This document shows positions 46,307-55,019 of a stretch of DNA of 64,000 bases, one piece after another. A model generated the notes under the pieces. That model did not search any database. It was not told the DNA's origin and saw nothing but the letters and a program-made list of their open reading frames with translations. The stretch is taken from positions 49,839 to 113,838 of the forward strand of contig CAZDEE010000002.1 in assembly GCA_964504595.1 (NCBI GenBank). Reading direction: 5' to 3'. This DNA comes from an uncultured Staphylococcaceae bacterium. Its GTDB lineage: Bacteria > Bacillota_I > Bacilli_A > RFN20 > CAG-826. The number at the start of each line of letters is the position of its first letter. Position 1 is the stretch's first letter. Position numbers and translations under genes: made by a program.

Positions 46307-46586
46307 TGTAGTAAGGATATATATTTGTTGTATCGGTATTGACTGAAGTATAATACGTTGGTATTTCGCTATTTTCCATTATGTAATTATTTGGATATGT
46401 ATTAATATAAGGATTATATCCTTGTGGTTGGTAGTATTGTGGTGGATAATATGGAGTTGGTTGGTAATAATTTGGTCTAGGAGTAATTAATCCTCCGACT
46501 AGAAGACCTCCAACAAAAGGAAGCAATGGACCAATGATGCGATTATCTCCTCGATAATAAGGGACAAATGAATAATATTTACCCAT
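46290..46586 (-). CDS. Tyr/Pro-rich small protein (spore coat-like)
   Basis: AGGAGG RBS 7 nt before the ATG at 46586. I count 20 Tyr in 98 aa. YYQP/PYYPPQYYQPQGY repeats and one Gly-rich hydrophobic segment. Confidence 0.6.
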   Translation of the reverse strand: MGKYYSFVPYYRGDNRIIGPLLPFVGGLLVGGLITPRPNYYQPTPYYPPQYYQPQGYNPYINTYPNNYIMENSEIPTYYTSVNTDTTNIYPYYTNPRY

Positions 46587-46630
46587 AAAAAAACCTCCTA
46601 ACATTTTATTCTATGTGTTTAGGAGGTTTT
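46587..46630 (-). terminator. maf terminator whose 3' arm contains the RBS of the next gene
   Basis: Minus strand AAAACCTCCTAA (46630-19), 17-nt loop, TTAGGAGGTTTT (46601-46590), then TTT and the ATG. Confidence 0.8.
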
Positions 46631-46640
46631 ATGCTATTTA

Positions 46641-47177
46641 TTAAAGATATTTTATTAAATCTTCTAAAGGTAGGCCCATTACATTAGAATAACTACCTTC
46701 AATATGATTAACTAGAGGAAAGTCTTCATCTTGAATTCCGTATCCTCCAGCTTTATCTAGAGGAGAACCGGTATTAACGTATTCTTCGATTAATTCATCG
46801 CTTAATTCGTTAAAATAAACATAAGTTACAACATAACGGCTTATTTCTTTTTCTTTTGAAAGAAGAGTATATCCGGTAATGACTTGATGCTTTTTGGAAG
46901 ATAATTTTTTTAACATTTTCTTAGCATCTTCTTTATCGATAGGTTTACATAGGATTTCGTTATCTAATACTACGATGGTATCCGCGGCTAAAACGGTCGC
47001 GGTTTGATGATTTTTAAAAACGGCATGCGCTTTTAATTTAGAAAGTTCAAGAGGTAAGGAATAAATATTTGATACGACAATATTCTCATCAACTTCAGAA
47101 ACAACTATTTCAAAATCGGATATTAATTTAGAAAGCAATTCTTTTCTTCGTGGTGAAGCACTAGCTAAAATAAACAT
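46641..47177 (-). CDS. maf: Maf-family nucleoside triphosphate pyrophosphatase
   Basis: ILASASPRR.ELL, D.IV..., KAGGYGIQ. Confidence 0.9.
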   Translation of the reverse strand: MFILASASPRRKELLSKLISDFEIVVSEVDENIVVSNIYSLPLELSKLKAHAVFKNHQTATVLAADTIVVLDNEILCKPIDKEDAKKMLKKLSSKKHQVITGYTLLSKEKEISRYVVTYVYFNELSDELIEEYVNTGSPLDKAGGYGIQDEDFPLVNHIEGSYSNVMGLPLEDLIKYL

Positions 47178-47182
47178 AATTC

Positions 47183-48856
47183 TTAGTTTTGATTTAAATT
47201 CATGATAACAGGAATAATAATCGGATTACGTTTGGTTTTAACAAATAGGTAACGCGCTAAATTGCTACGTACTAAATTTTTAATTTCGCCAAATGTAACT
47301 TTATTTTGCATTAATTCTTCTAATTCTTTTTGAATTCTAACAGTTGATTTTTGAATCAATGTTGAAGAATAGTAAACAAAACCTCTTGTATAAATTGTAG
47401 GTGGTACTAGTAGTTTGTTATTACGTGAATCTAAGGAAATTAAGACTGCGACTAAACCATCTTCGCTTAATATTTTTCGATCACGAATAACTGCTGTACT
47501 CAATCCATTTATATCGTTTCCATCAATATAAATATCATCAGCTTGAACTCTTGTTCCTTCGCTTATTTTATGGTCCTTTAATAAGAGAGTATCCCCATTT
47601 CCTAAAATGAAAGTATTTTCTCTTTCCATACCTAAGGAAACAGCAATATCAGTATGGAGCTTAAGCATTCTATATTCGCCATGAACAGGCATAAAGTATT
47701 TTGGCTTAAATAGTTTTAAAGCAAATCTTAATTCTTGTTTTGCTGGGTGTCCAGAGGAGTGTAGAGAATAGAATACAGAATTAGTTAAGACATCCGCACC
47801 GGCACGAGTTAACATATTAATTACTTTGTTAATTGAAGCATCGTTACCTGGAATAGGTGAGGAAGAGAAGACGATTGTGTCACCTGGTATTATTCTTAAA
47901 TAACGGTGATCGCCATTAGCAATTCTTGATAAAGCCGCCATTGGCTCACCTTGAGAACCGGTACAGAGAATAACTGTTTCTGAAGGTGAAATAGTTTTTA
48001 TATTCTCAACATTTACTAAAGATGAATCTGGTATTTTAATATAGCCGAAGTCTCTAGCGGCATTTACAGTATGTTCCATACTACGACCAACAATTACAAT
48101 TTTCTTTTTATACTTAATCGAAGCTTCAACGATTTGTTGGATTCGTGAAATATTACTTGAGAATGTTGAGATAATGAGTCGACCTTTTGCGTTTGCAAAT
48201 ACATCATTAATTGAACTAATAACATTTGTTTCACTTGGGGTATAGCCTTCTATTTCAGCGTTTGTAGAGTCGCTTAATAAGAGGTCGATTCCTTCTTCTC
48301 CTAAACGCGCCATTTTGGATAAATTAATATCTGGTCCAACAGGTGTTAGGTCGATTTTAAAGTCACCAGTAGTAACAATTCTTCCTTCTGGGGTATCGAT
48401 GCAAATTCCAAATGAATCAGGAATGGAGTGAGTTACTCTAAAGAATTGAACGACAAAATCATTTATTTTAATAATATCATCTTCATCATATTCAACAATT
48501 TTAACATTTTCACGAATGCGATTTTCAGATAATTTATTTCTAATTAAAGCGGCCGCTAATTTTGGGGCGTAAATTACAGGAATATGAACATTTTGAATTA
48601 AAAATGGAATTCCTCCAATATGATCTTCGTGTCCATGAGTAATAAATAAAGCCTTAATTTTTGCGCGATTATTTCTTAGGTGAGTATAGTCAGGAATTAC
48701 GTAATCAACACCAGGTAAATCTTCTTCTGGGAAACGTACTCCAGCATCGATAATAATTAAAGTTTTTTCGTTTTCAATACAATAAGTATTTTTTCCAACT
48801 TCTCCTAAACCTCCAAGAGCGTAGATTGAAATTGGATTAATGAATGGTAGTGGCAT
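47183..48856 (-). CDS. rnj: Ribonuclease J
   Basis: Beta-lactamase/beta-CASP fold (ITHGHEDHIGG, SGH). 557 aa. Confidence 0.92.
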   Translation of the reverse strand: MPLPFINPISIYALGGLGEVGKNTYCIENEKTLIIIDAGVRFPEEDLPGVDYVIPDYTHLRNNRAKIKALFITHGHEDHIGGIPFLIQNVHIPVIYAPKLAAALIRNKLSENRIRENVKIVEYDEDDIIKINDFVVQFFRVTHSIPDSFGICIDTPEGRIVTTGDFKIDLTPVGPDINLSKMARLGEEGIDLLLSDSTNAEIEGYTPSETNVISSINDVFANAKGRLIISTFSSNISRIQQIVEASIKYKKKIVIVGRSMEHTVNAARDFGYIKIPDSSLVNVENIKTISPSETVILCTGSQGEPMAALSRIANGDHRYLRIIPGDTIVFSSSPIPGNDASINKVINMLTRAGADVLTNSVFYSLHSSGHPAKQELRFALKLFKPKYFMPVHGEYRMLKLHTDIAVSLGMERENTFILGNGDTLLLKDHKISEGTRVQADDIYIDGNDINGLSTAVIRDRKILSEDGLVAVLISLDSRNNKLLVPPTIYTRGFVYYSSTLIQKSTVRIQKELEELMQNKVTFGEIKNLVRSNLARYLFVKTKRNPIIIPVIMNLNQN

Positions 48857-48976
48857 ATTAGTAAAAATTCCTTTCCTGACAAAATTATTTGTATAATCTG
48901 TTAATGCGGCTTTATTATATATAATTTATTATTTTTTGTAAAGATGTAAAAAGAAAGTGTTTTAAGAATTTAACAC

Positions 48977-49516
48977 TTAAATTGCTACAGAATTATCCAT
49001 TTTTTTAAATGGATTTAGTTTATCGATATGATCGTAATAAAGAACTCCAATTAAATGATCGATTTCGTGTTGTAATACGATTGCTTCATATCCTTTAGCG
49101 ACAATTTCAATTTCGCTATTTGTAAGTAAATCAAAAGCTTTAATACGAACTTTATATGGACGATAAACATATCCTTTTACATCATTGTCAACACTTAAAC
49201 AACCTTCTCCAGATTGTAGATAACACATTTTCACTGAGGAAGAAATAATTTTAGGATTAACTAAAGCATATTGAACGATTTGTTGTCCATTATCATAATA
49301 GACGACAAGCATTTGTTTTTGAATTCCTATTTGTGGGGCAGCAAGGCCCACTCCAGAACGAATTCCATGTTTTGAAGCGTAATTATCATCTTGGCTTTTT
49401 TTAAGATAATCAAGCATTTTTAAAAGGATTGTTTTATTTTCTTCACTCAATGGTAAATCAACTTTTTCGCATCTTTTACGAATTGATTTATCAGTATCTT
49501 TTACTATTTTTAGCAT
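48977..49516 (-). CDS. def: Peptide deformylase
   Basis: GVGLAAPQ, EGCLS, HEIDH. Start at the ATG at 49516, 6 nt after GAGGTG. Confidence 0.92.
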   Translation of the reverse strand: MLKIVKDTDKSIRKRCEKVDLPLSEENKTILLKMLDYLKKSQDDNYASKHGIRSGVGLAAPQIGIQKQMLVVYYDNGQQIVQYALVNPKIISSSVKMCYLQSGEGCLSVDNDVKGYVYRPYKVRIKAFDLLTNSEIEIVAKGYEAIVLQHEIDHLIGVLYYDHIDKLNPFKKMDNSVAI

Positions 49517-49573
49517 CTTAAACACCTCGACGCTTATTTTATCATGTTTTTTGATAGAAAAAAAGGAGAGTAA

Positions 49574-49747
49574 TTAATACCCTCCATAATTATCGTTATT
49601 ACCGCATCTGTTACAGCCAATAACAACAAGCAATATAAAGATGACTAAGATAATTGCAAACACACCAAGTCCGTTTCCACCTTGGGATGGATAATTATAT
49701 CCATATTGACCGCCTGGATAAGCATAGTTTTGACCATAGTAATACAT
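49574..49747 (-). CDS. YjcZ-like tiny sporulation membrane protein (57 aa; below the ORF-track cutoff)
   Basis: My own translation: MYYYGQNYAYPGGQYGYNYPSQGGNGLGVFAIILVIFILLVVIGCNRCGNNDNYGGY. AAGGAGG RBS 6 nt upstream. Gly/Tyr-rich ends flank one TM helix. Confidence 0.65.
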   Translation of the reverse strand: MYYYGQNYAYPGGQYGYNYPSQGGNGLGVFAIILVIFILLVVIGCNRCGNNDNYGGY

Positions 49748-49876
49748 AATAAACCTCCTTAACTAATTTATTTTATGAACGATAATTAATTTTGCTTACA
49801 AATTTATAAAAACATTATCTTTTGTTATTAGAATACTTTTTATTTTTTTAAGCATATTCTAGTAGTGGTGATTATT

Positions 49877-50254
49877 ATGTCAAAATTAGATGAGTTTAAG
49901 GAATTTGCTCATTCTTTACCACATTTAAGGGAATTGGTAAGGAAGGGGAAATATACATGGCAAGAATTATATGAAAGATATGATATTTATGGTCCTCAAG
50001 ATGAAGTATTTATAGCTAAAGAAGAACAAAAGGAAGAGATAGAAGATGAATCTAAAAAAGAAACAAAAGTAAAAAAAGAAGGATTGGATTCTCTTTTGGA
50101 TGTTATAAGTGGCTTTGATGTTGATAAAATTAGTGATGGTTTAAATGGAATGAAGAAAATATTAAATGTTTTAAGTGAAGTTACTAGAACCGATGATACT
50201 CCTCCATTATCAAAAAGAAAATCATCAAGACCATATCAAAGGAATGATGACTAA
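49877..50254 (+). CDS. YlbD-like protein (putative coat protein family)
   Basis: Position at the head of a ylbD-ylbE-ylbF-rsmD-coaD block syntenic with B. subtilis. N-terminal LDEFKEF...LP.L motif. Confidence 0.5.
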   Translation: MSKLDEFKEFAHSLPHLRELVRKGKYTWQELYERYDIYGPQDEVFIAKEEQKEEIEDESKKETKVKKEGLDSLLDVISGFDVDKISDGLNGMKKILNVLSEVTRTDDTPPLSKRKSSRPYQRNDD

Positions 50255-50465
50255 AATGCATACTTCAGTTATAATAGTTCTAGATAAAAACCCAGATTAT
50301 TGGATTTTTATTCGTGAAAAGCCGTTTTGGCATCGTGAATTATCATTTCATCCAGAAAGAATTAAAGAGTTTATCGATGATTATAAGTTAGTTCGACGAA
50401 AAAGGGTAGTTGATCGATTGGAAGATATTTCAATGATGATGACATTAGCAAGGGAGTTGATGTAG
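50244..50465 (+). CDS. YlbE-like small protein
   Basis: Synteny, plus the P.YW.FIRE.P.WHR.LSR.P pattern. Alternative starts at 50247 and 50256. Overlaps the end of the previous gene. Confidence 0.55.
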   Translation: MMTKMHTSVIIVLDKNPDYWIFIREKPFWHRELSFHPERIKEFIDDYKLVRRKRVVDRLEDISMMMTLARELM

Positions 50466-50831
50466 ATGGATGGTAGTCTTTTAGAAAAAATTTATGCTTT
50501 AAAAGATGCGATTAATAATGATCCTCGTGTTTTAGATTTACTAAAGAAAGAAAAAAATATGGAAGAAAATGAAGAAGTAATGGTCCTTTCTTATCATTAT
50601 AGCCGAGCGCAAGATGAATATAATGACGCATTAAAGCATTATAAAGAAGATAGTGATGAAATAAAGATATATCAAAAGAAATTATTTGAAGCAAAGCAAA
50701 AGCTCGATTCTCATTGCTTGGTAAAAGATTATTTAAAAGCTTATAAAGAAGTTCGTTTAATGTATAAAGAAATTGAAGAATTGATTATTAATCCTTTTAT
50801 AAGAAAACATGATCATAAAGAAAAAAAGTAG
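50466..50831 (+). CDS. ylbF: YlbF/YmcA-family regulatory protein
   Basis: Helical protein of about 120 aa with L...I...P....L pattern, in the syntenic position. Confidence 0.65.
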   Translation: MDGSLLEKIYALKDAINNDPRVLDLLKKEKNMEENEEVMVLSYHYSRAQDEYNDALKHYKEDSDEIKIYQKKLFEAKQKLDSHCLVKDYLKAYKEVRLMYKEIEELIINPFIRKHDHKEKK

Positions 50832-50849
50832 TGGAATGCTACTTTTTTT
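50827..50849 (+). terminator. Terminator after ylbF
   Basis: AGTAG-tggaatg-CTACT followed by T7. Confidence 0.55.
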
Positions 50850-50948
50850 CATAGGGAGGAACAGGGCACTATTTAAGTGCAATATTAGTTTGTTCATTAA
50901 TTTTTGATTTTATTCATAATTAAGGTATAATAATTGCTAGGAGGCTTT

Positions 50949-51497
50949 ATGAGAATTGTTGGTGGAAAGTATAAAAGAAAATTAATTGATTATCCTAGTG
51001 ACTATGAAAAAAACTATGAAACACGGCCGACTAAAGATCGAATTAGAGAGGCTATTTTTAGTGCGATAAGCAATTATGTTGAAGATAGTTATGTTTTAGA
51101 TTTATTCGCTGGTTCAGGAGCTTTAGGTATTGAAGCATTATCAAGGTCAGCAAAGCATTGTGATTTTGTTGATATTAGAAAAGATGCTTTTTATGTTATT
51201 AGTAATAATTTAAAATCATTAGGTATTACGAACGCAAAAATTTATTTATCTTCTTATATGAATGCCCTAAATACTTTAAAAGATAATGATATAAAGTATT
51301 CTTTAGTTTTATTAGATCCTCCATATAAGATGGATGTTTATCAAAAAGTAATTGATTTTATGATTGGTAATGAAATGCTAACAAAAGATGCAATTATTGT
51401 GTTAGAAAGTGATCATCAATTAGATTTAAAAATTGAATGTAAAGAAATAAGAAGTTATAAATATGGATTTATTCATGTTAATATTATTAAGAGGTAA
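50949..51497 (+). CDS. rsmD: 16S rRNA (guanine966-N2)-methyltransferase RsmD
   Basis: MRIVGGKYK...TRPT.DR.REA.F, DLFAGSGALGIEALSR, DPPY. Confidence 0.88.
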   Translation: MRIVGGKYKRKLIDYPSDYEKNYETRPTKDRIREAIFSAISNYVEDSYVLDLFAGSGALGIEALSRSAKHCDFVDIRKDAFYVISNNLKSLGITNAKIYLSSYMNALNTLKDNDIKYSLVLLDPPYKMDVYQKVIDFMIGNEMLTKDAIIVLESDHQLDLKIECKEIRSYKYGFIHVNIIKR

Positions 51498-51499
51498 GA

Positions 51500-51982
51500 A
51501 TGAGTATGAAAATAGCGGTTTATCCAGGAAGTTTTGATCCTATTACAAATGGACATTTAGATATTATTGAACGAGCGGCATCAATATTTGATAAATTAAT
51601 TGTTGTTGTTGCTTATAACTCAAGTAAACAATCCACTTTTAGTGTTGATGAACGAGTTGAAATGATTAAAGAAGCAGTTTCTTATTTACCAAATGTGGAG
51701 GTTGATAAGACAACCGGATTAACCGTTGAATATGCTGTCTTTAAAGGAGCGTGCACTTTAGTTAGGGGACTTCGTGCAGTAACTGATTATGAATTAGAAT
51801 TTCAAATGAATGTCGCCAATACATTTATAAATTCAAGTGTTGAATCGATTTATTTAATGTCAAGAAAAGAATATACCTTTATTTCTTCTTCTATTATTAA
51901 GGAGTTATATTCTCATGGCGTTGATATTTCAACTTTAGTCCCTTCCTCAGTATTAAAGTGTTTTAAAAGCCGAGAAAAGTAG
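51500..51982 (+). CDS. coaD: Phosphopantetheine adenylyltransferase
   Basis: YPGSFDP.TNGH.DII.RA, RGLR..D.E.E. Confidence 0.92.
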   Translation: MSMKIAVYPGSFDPITNGHLDIIERAASIFDKLIVVVAYNSSKQSTFSVDERVEMIKEAVSYLPNVEVDKTTGLTVEYAVFKGACTLVRGLRAVTDYELEFQMNVANTFINSSVESIYLMSRKEYTFISSSIIKELYSHGVDISTLVPSSVLKCFKSREK

Positions 51983-52834
51983 TAATAGAGCTATATTGAT
52001 TCCTAGAAATAGGAATCTTTTTTTTATAATTTTCGAGATGGAAATCTTAGGGCATAAGATAGATATTTGACTATAAACTGATAATGAAGAAAAAGTTAAT
52101 ACCATAATTAAAATCATAAATAATGATGATGATAAATTATTGATAATATACATTGAAGAAGTAGTAAATTCAAAAATTCCAATTAAAGAATAAGACCAAG
52201 AATCATTTAAAAACAGTTTTATAAATGGAAGAGGAATGGAAAAAAGTAAAATAGTTCCGATTAATAAAAGCAATGTTCTTGCGGTATCGGTTATAGAATT
52301 TTGAATTATATTATTTGAATTATTGTTAAAAGTGATTTTGTTTATAGCAACATTTTCGTTTTTAAGTTTTATATTATAGTAAATTAAAGGAGGAATATAT
52401 ATTAAAGTTAAAAGTATCATTTTTTGTATTTTGTTTAGTTTAGGAAGAATAATTCCGAAAATAAAAGGAAAGGAAGGAATTGTAAAACTTGATAATATAA
52501 TTTCGCCTTCTTTAGTTGATAAAAGCTTTTTATTAATGGAGTCATTAACATAATTTGCAAGGGTTGGAGTTCCACTTATTAATCCTAATAATACAATAAG
52601 ATGACGATAAATCGCATGAGCGTTTTTGCTTTTTTTAGCAAGTAGATGATATAAAGTTTCTAAGCCACCGGAATTTATAAATAAATAATCTAATAGAATT
52701 GAAGGGGTAAGCGAAGGTAAAAGAGAATAATAAAAAGTCGTAAAGACATCTTTTGAAAAAAGGGTTATAACTTTTGAAGATGACATTACGACTAATAATG
52801 TTATTAAAAAAAGATAGGGAAGATATTTTTTCAC
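51953..52834 (-). CDS. Polytopic membrane protein, YlbJ-like (sporulation integral membrane protein), short form
   Basis: Multi-TM protein convergent with coaD, as ylbJ is in Bacillus. GTG at 52834, 5 nt after GGTGA. Shorter than B. subtilis YlbJ as I remember it. Confidence 0.5.
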   Translation of the reverse strand: MKKYLPYLFLITLLVVMSSSKVITLFSKDVFTTFYYSLLPSLTPSILLDYLFINSGGLETLYHLLAKKSKNAHAIYRHLIVLLGLISGTPTLANYVNDSINKKLLSTKEGEIILSSFTIPSFPFIFGIILPKLNKIQKMILLTLIYIPPLIYYNIKLKNENVAINKITFNNNSNNIIQNSITDTARTLLLLIGTILLFSIPLPFIKLFLNDSWSYSLIGIFEFTTSSMYIINNLSSSLFMILIMVLTFSSLSVYSQISILCPKISISKIIKKRFLFLGINIALLLLFSAFKTL

Positions 52835-52872
52835 TTTAATCACCAATAAATTATATGGAGATTAAAAAATAT

Positions 52873-53640
52873 TTATTTACGATAAATTATACTTAAATGA
52901 CGACCAGTTGTTTTTTCGCGTTTGTAGGAAAAGAATAAATTTTCATTTTCATAAGTACATCCATCATAGACAGAAATATTATTTGAAGGTATTCCTGCTT
53001 CTCGTGCTTGTAAGTAATTGATTAAAGGTAAGTCGATAAATAAGCTTCCATTTGTAGCTTTATACGCAAATGAATATTTAGAACCATATTTATTAACTAC
53101 TTCTTTTGGAGACATATCAACGATGAAGTGAGAAAAAGTACAACTTGGTCCGATATGGATTAATAAATCTTCAGGTTTAATATTTTCATTTTTTATAATT
53201 GTTAAAAGAGATTTTAAAACAATTTCATTGAAAGTTCCTTTTTCCCCAGCGTGAATTATTCCTACTAGAGAGCCGTTTTTATTTGCCACAAAGACTGGAA
53301 CGCAATCGGCGTGAAAAACACCTAAGGCGATTCCTTTTGATGTTGTATATAAAGCATCCGCTTTTACGCCGCTTTCAAAAGAATCTTTGCCACATCCTTT
53401 AAATGATTCATCGACTTTGACAATGACATCGCTATGGCTTTGATAAGTCGTAATTAATGAATCTTCATCGATATTTAAATCTTTGCAAAGTTTTTGTCTA
53501 TTAGCTTTTACTGATTTATAATTATCGCCTACTTGATATGCTAAATTGAATGAATCATATGGAGAAGAAGAATAACCATTTGTTCTTGTGGTTGTTAAAG
53601 CGATAACTCCTGGTACTTTATTCCATTTAATATAACACAT
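52873..53640 (-). CDS. pgeF: YfiH/PgeF (DUF152) purine nucleoside phosphorylase/peptidoglycan editing factor family
   Basis: Q.H...V..., H-A-D-C-V-P (FHADCVPVF), HAG..G, C-T pattern near the C-terminus. Confidence 0.85.
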   Translation of the reverse strand: MCYIKWNKVPGVIALTTTRTNGYSSSPYDSFNLAYQVGDNYKSVKANRQKLCKDLNIDEDSLITTYQSHSDVIVKVDESFKGCGKDSFESGVKADALYTTSKGIALGVFHADCVPVFVANKNGSLVGIIHAGEKGTFNEIVLKSLLTIIKNENIKPEDLLIHIGPSCTFSHFIVDMSPKEVVNKYGSKYSFAYKATNGSLFIDLPLINYLQAREAGIPSNNISVYDGCTYENENLFFSYKREKTTGRHLSIIYRK

Positions 53641-53718
53641 AATAAAAACCTTCTTTCTATGTAATATTTTATGTAAAAATATGATGAATGTAAAGAATTC
53701 AATTTAATTAGAATAGTT

Positions 53719-53745
53719 ACATTTTTATTTTTCTCTCATACTCTA
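53719..53745 (+). promoter_or_regulatory. SigK-like (late mother-cell) promoter candidate
   Basis: AC (53719-20), 16 nt, CATACTCTA (53737-45). This matches AC-N16/17-CATAnnnTA. It lies 24 nt upstream of the ATG of the CotD-like gene. Confidence 0.45.
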
Positions 53746-53768
53746 TAGAGTAAGCAAGGAGGGATTTT

Positions 53769-53993
53769 ATGCACTGTCGGTGTACACCGCAATGTCCATG
53801 TAAATATGATCCGGTAGTTTTGCCAGTTCGCGAACGAGTGTGTGATCGTTATTATCCGGTTGAACAACCAGTAATTTGTCCAGTTAATACACGTATTGTC
53901 AATCATTTTGTACCGCGTCCTGTTTACTATCCAACTTATACTACTACAGAGGAAAATATTTGCGAAGGAAACGCAAGACCTTTTACAAGATAA
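53769..53993 (+). CDS. CotD-family-like Cys/Pro-rich spore coat protein
   Basis: MHCRCTPQCPC..., repeated V.P...V.H..P segments (ICPVNTRIVNHFVPRPVYYPTY). AAGGAGGG RBS. Confidence 0.6.
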   Translation: MHCRCTPQCPCKYDPVVLPVRERVCDRYYPVEQPVICPVNTRIVNHFVPRPVYYPTYTTTEENICEGNARPFTR

Positions 53994-54018
53994 GTTAGTA
54001 CGATTTGTACATAATAAA

Positions 54019-54062
54019 AAGGGCTATATTGAAACTTGTTTGTTTCTTTATAGTCCTTTTAT
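54019..54062. terminator. Bidirectional terminator
   Basis: AAGGGCTATA...TATAGTCCTT stem with T-runs and A-runs on both sides. Confidence 0.55.
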
Positions 54063-54076
54063 ATTTTGATTAATAA

Positions 54077-54787
54077 TTATAAAGCCCAATCATTGATTTC
54101 ATAATAGAAATCATGTAAATAGTTAGCTTGTTCGATTGTTGTTCCATCGATAAGTCCTAAGAGAACTTTGTTAATACCATCGGCGGTATAAGAAACGATG
54201 GTTGGAGTATCGCTAATTCCTTCAACATCTGACCAATCACCTTCAGCATAGTCAATACCATATTCTGGATTGAAGGTATCAGCAAGATGATAATGAATTA
54301 ATTCATCAAGTTGTTCTTGGTTAATTAAATCCCAATATGCTTTTGCATATTCATCTTCTTCAACATCTTCTTGGTCATAGTCGACATAAACGAAGTGAAT
54401 TGCTGGTTTTCCAGTTTTTTCTGACTTGTTATCGTAAGTGTCTTTATAGAATTTCTTGAAAGCTTCTTCTTGAGCGATACATTCGCTACAATCTTTTTCG
54501 ATAAAGACTAATAAACCACGATCGGCATCTTTTTCAAGAATTTTGCTGAAATCATCATTTTCATAACATTCTAATAATTCTTTTGTTGATAATTTGTGAC
54601 TGTTATAGAATTTGTATTGGCCTCTTGTATCAGAAGCATCACTAATCCATGAAGAAATGCTTGGAATAGAGAAGATGATACCAAAAATCGCCCCAACGAT
54701 TAATAGAGGTTGAATCCATGCAGTTTCAACAATCCATCTCCATATTCTTGCAAAAAATCCGCCAATAACGGCTAATATTTTTTTCAT
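54077..54787 (-). CDS. Membrane-anchored thioredoxin-like protein (CSEC active-site motif)
   Basis: N-terminal TM helix. LLVFIEKDCSEC (CxxC after a beta-strand) and a downstream TPT (cis-Pro loop-like). A very acidic insertion lies between them. Confidence 0.5.
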   Translation of the reverse strand: MKKILAVIGGFFARIWRWIVETAWIQPLLIVGAIFGIIFSIPSISSWISDASDTRGQYKFYNSHKLSTKELLECYENDDFSKILEKDADRGLLVFIEKDCSECIAQEEAFKKFYKDTYDNKSEKTGKPAIHFVYVDYDQEDVEEDEYAKAYWDLINQEQLDELIHYHLADTFNPEYGIDYAEGDWSDVEGISDTPTIVSYTADGINKVLLGLIDGTTIEQANYLHDFYYEINDWAL

Positions 54788-55019
54788 AATAAATAAACCT
54801 CCTTATATCTCTAAATCGATATATCGGTAATATGATACCATTATAAAAGTCAATTTTCAACAGAAAAAATGCATTTTTCTTATTAAGAAAGCCCATACAA
54901 ATTAGAAATCGAAGCGTTTGTTGCAAAAAAAATAAAATACTATTGTAATTTATTTGCAAAAGTATAAAATAATTGTCGTGAATTGATTGTAAATCAATTG
55001 TTAATAGGAGTAAAAAGTT

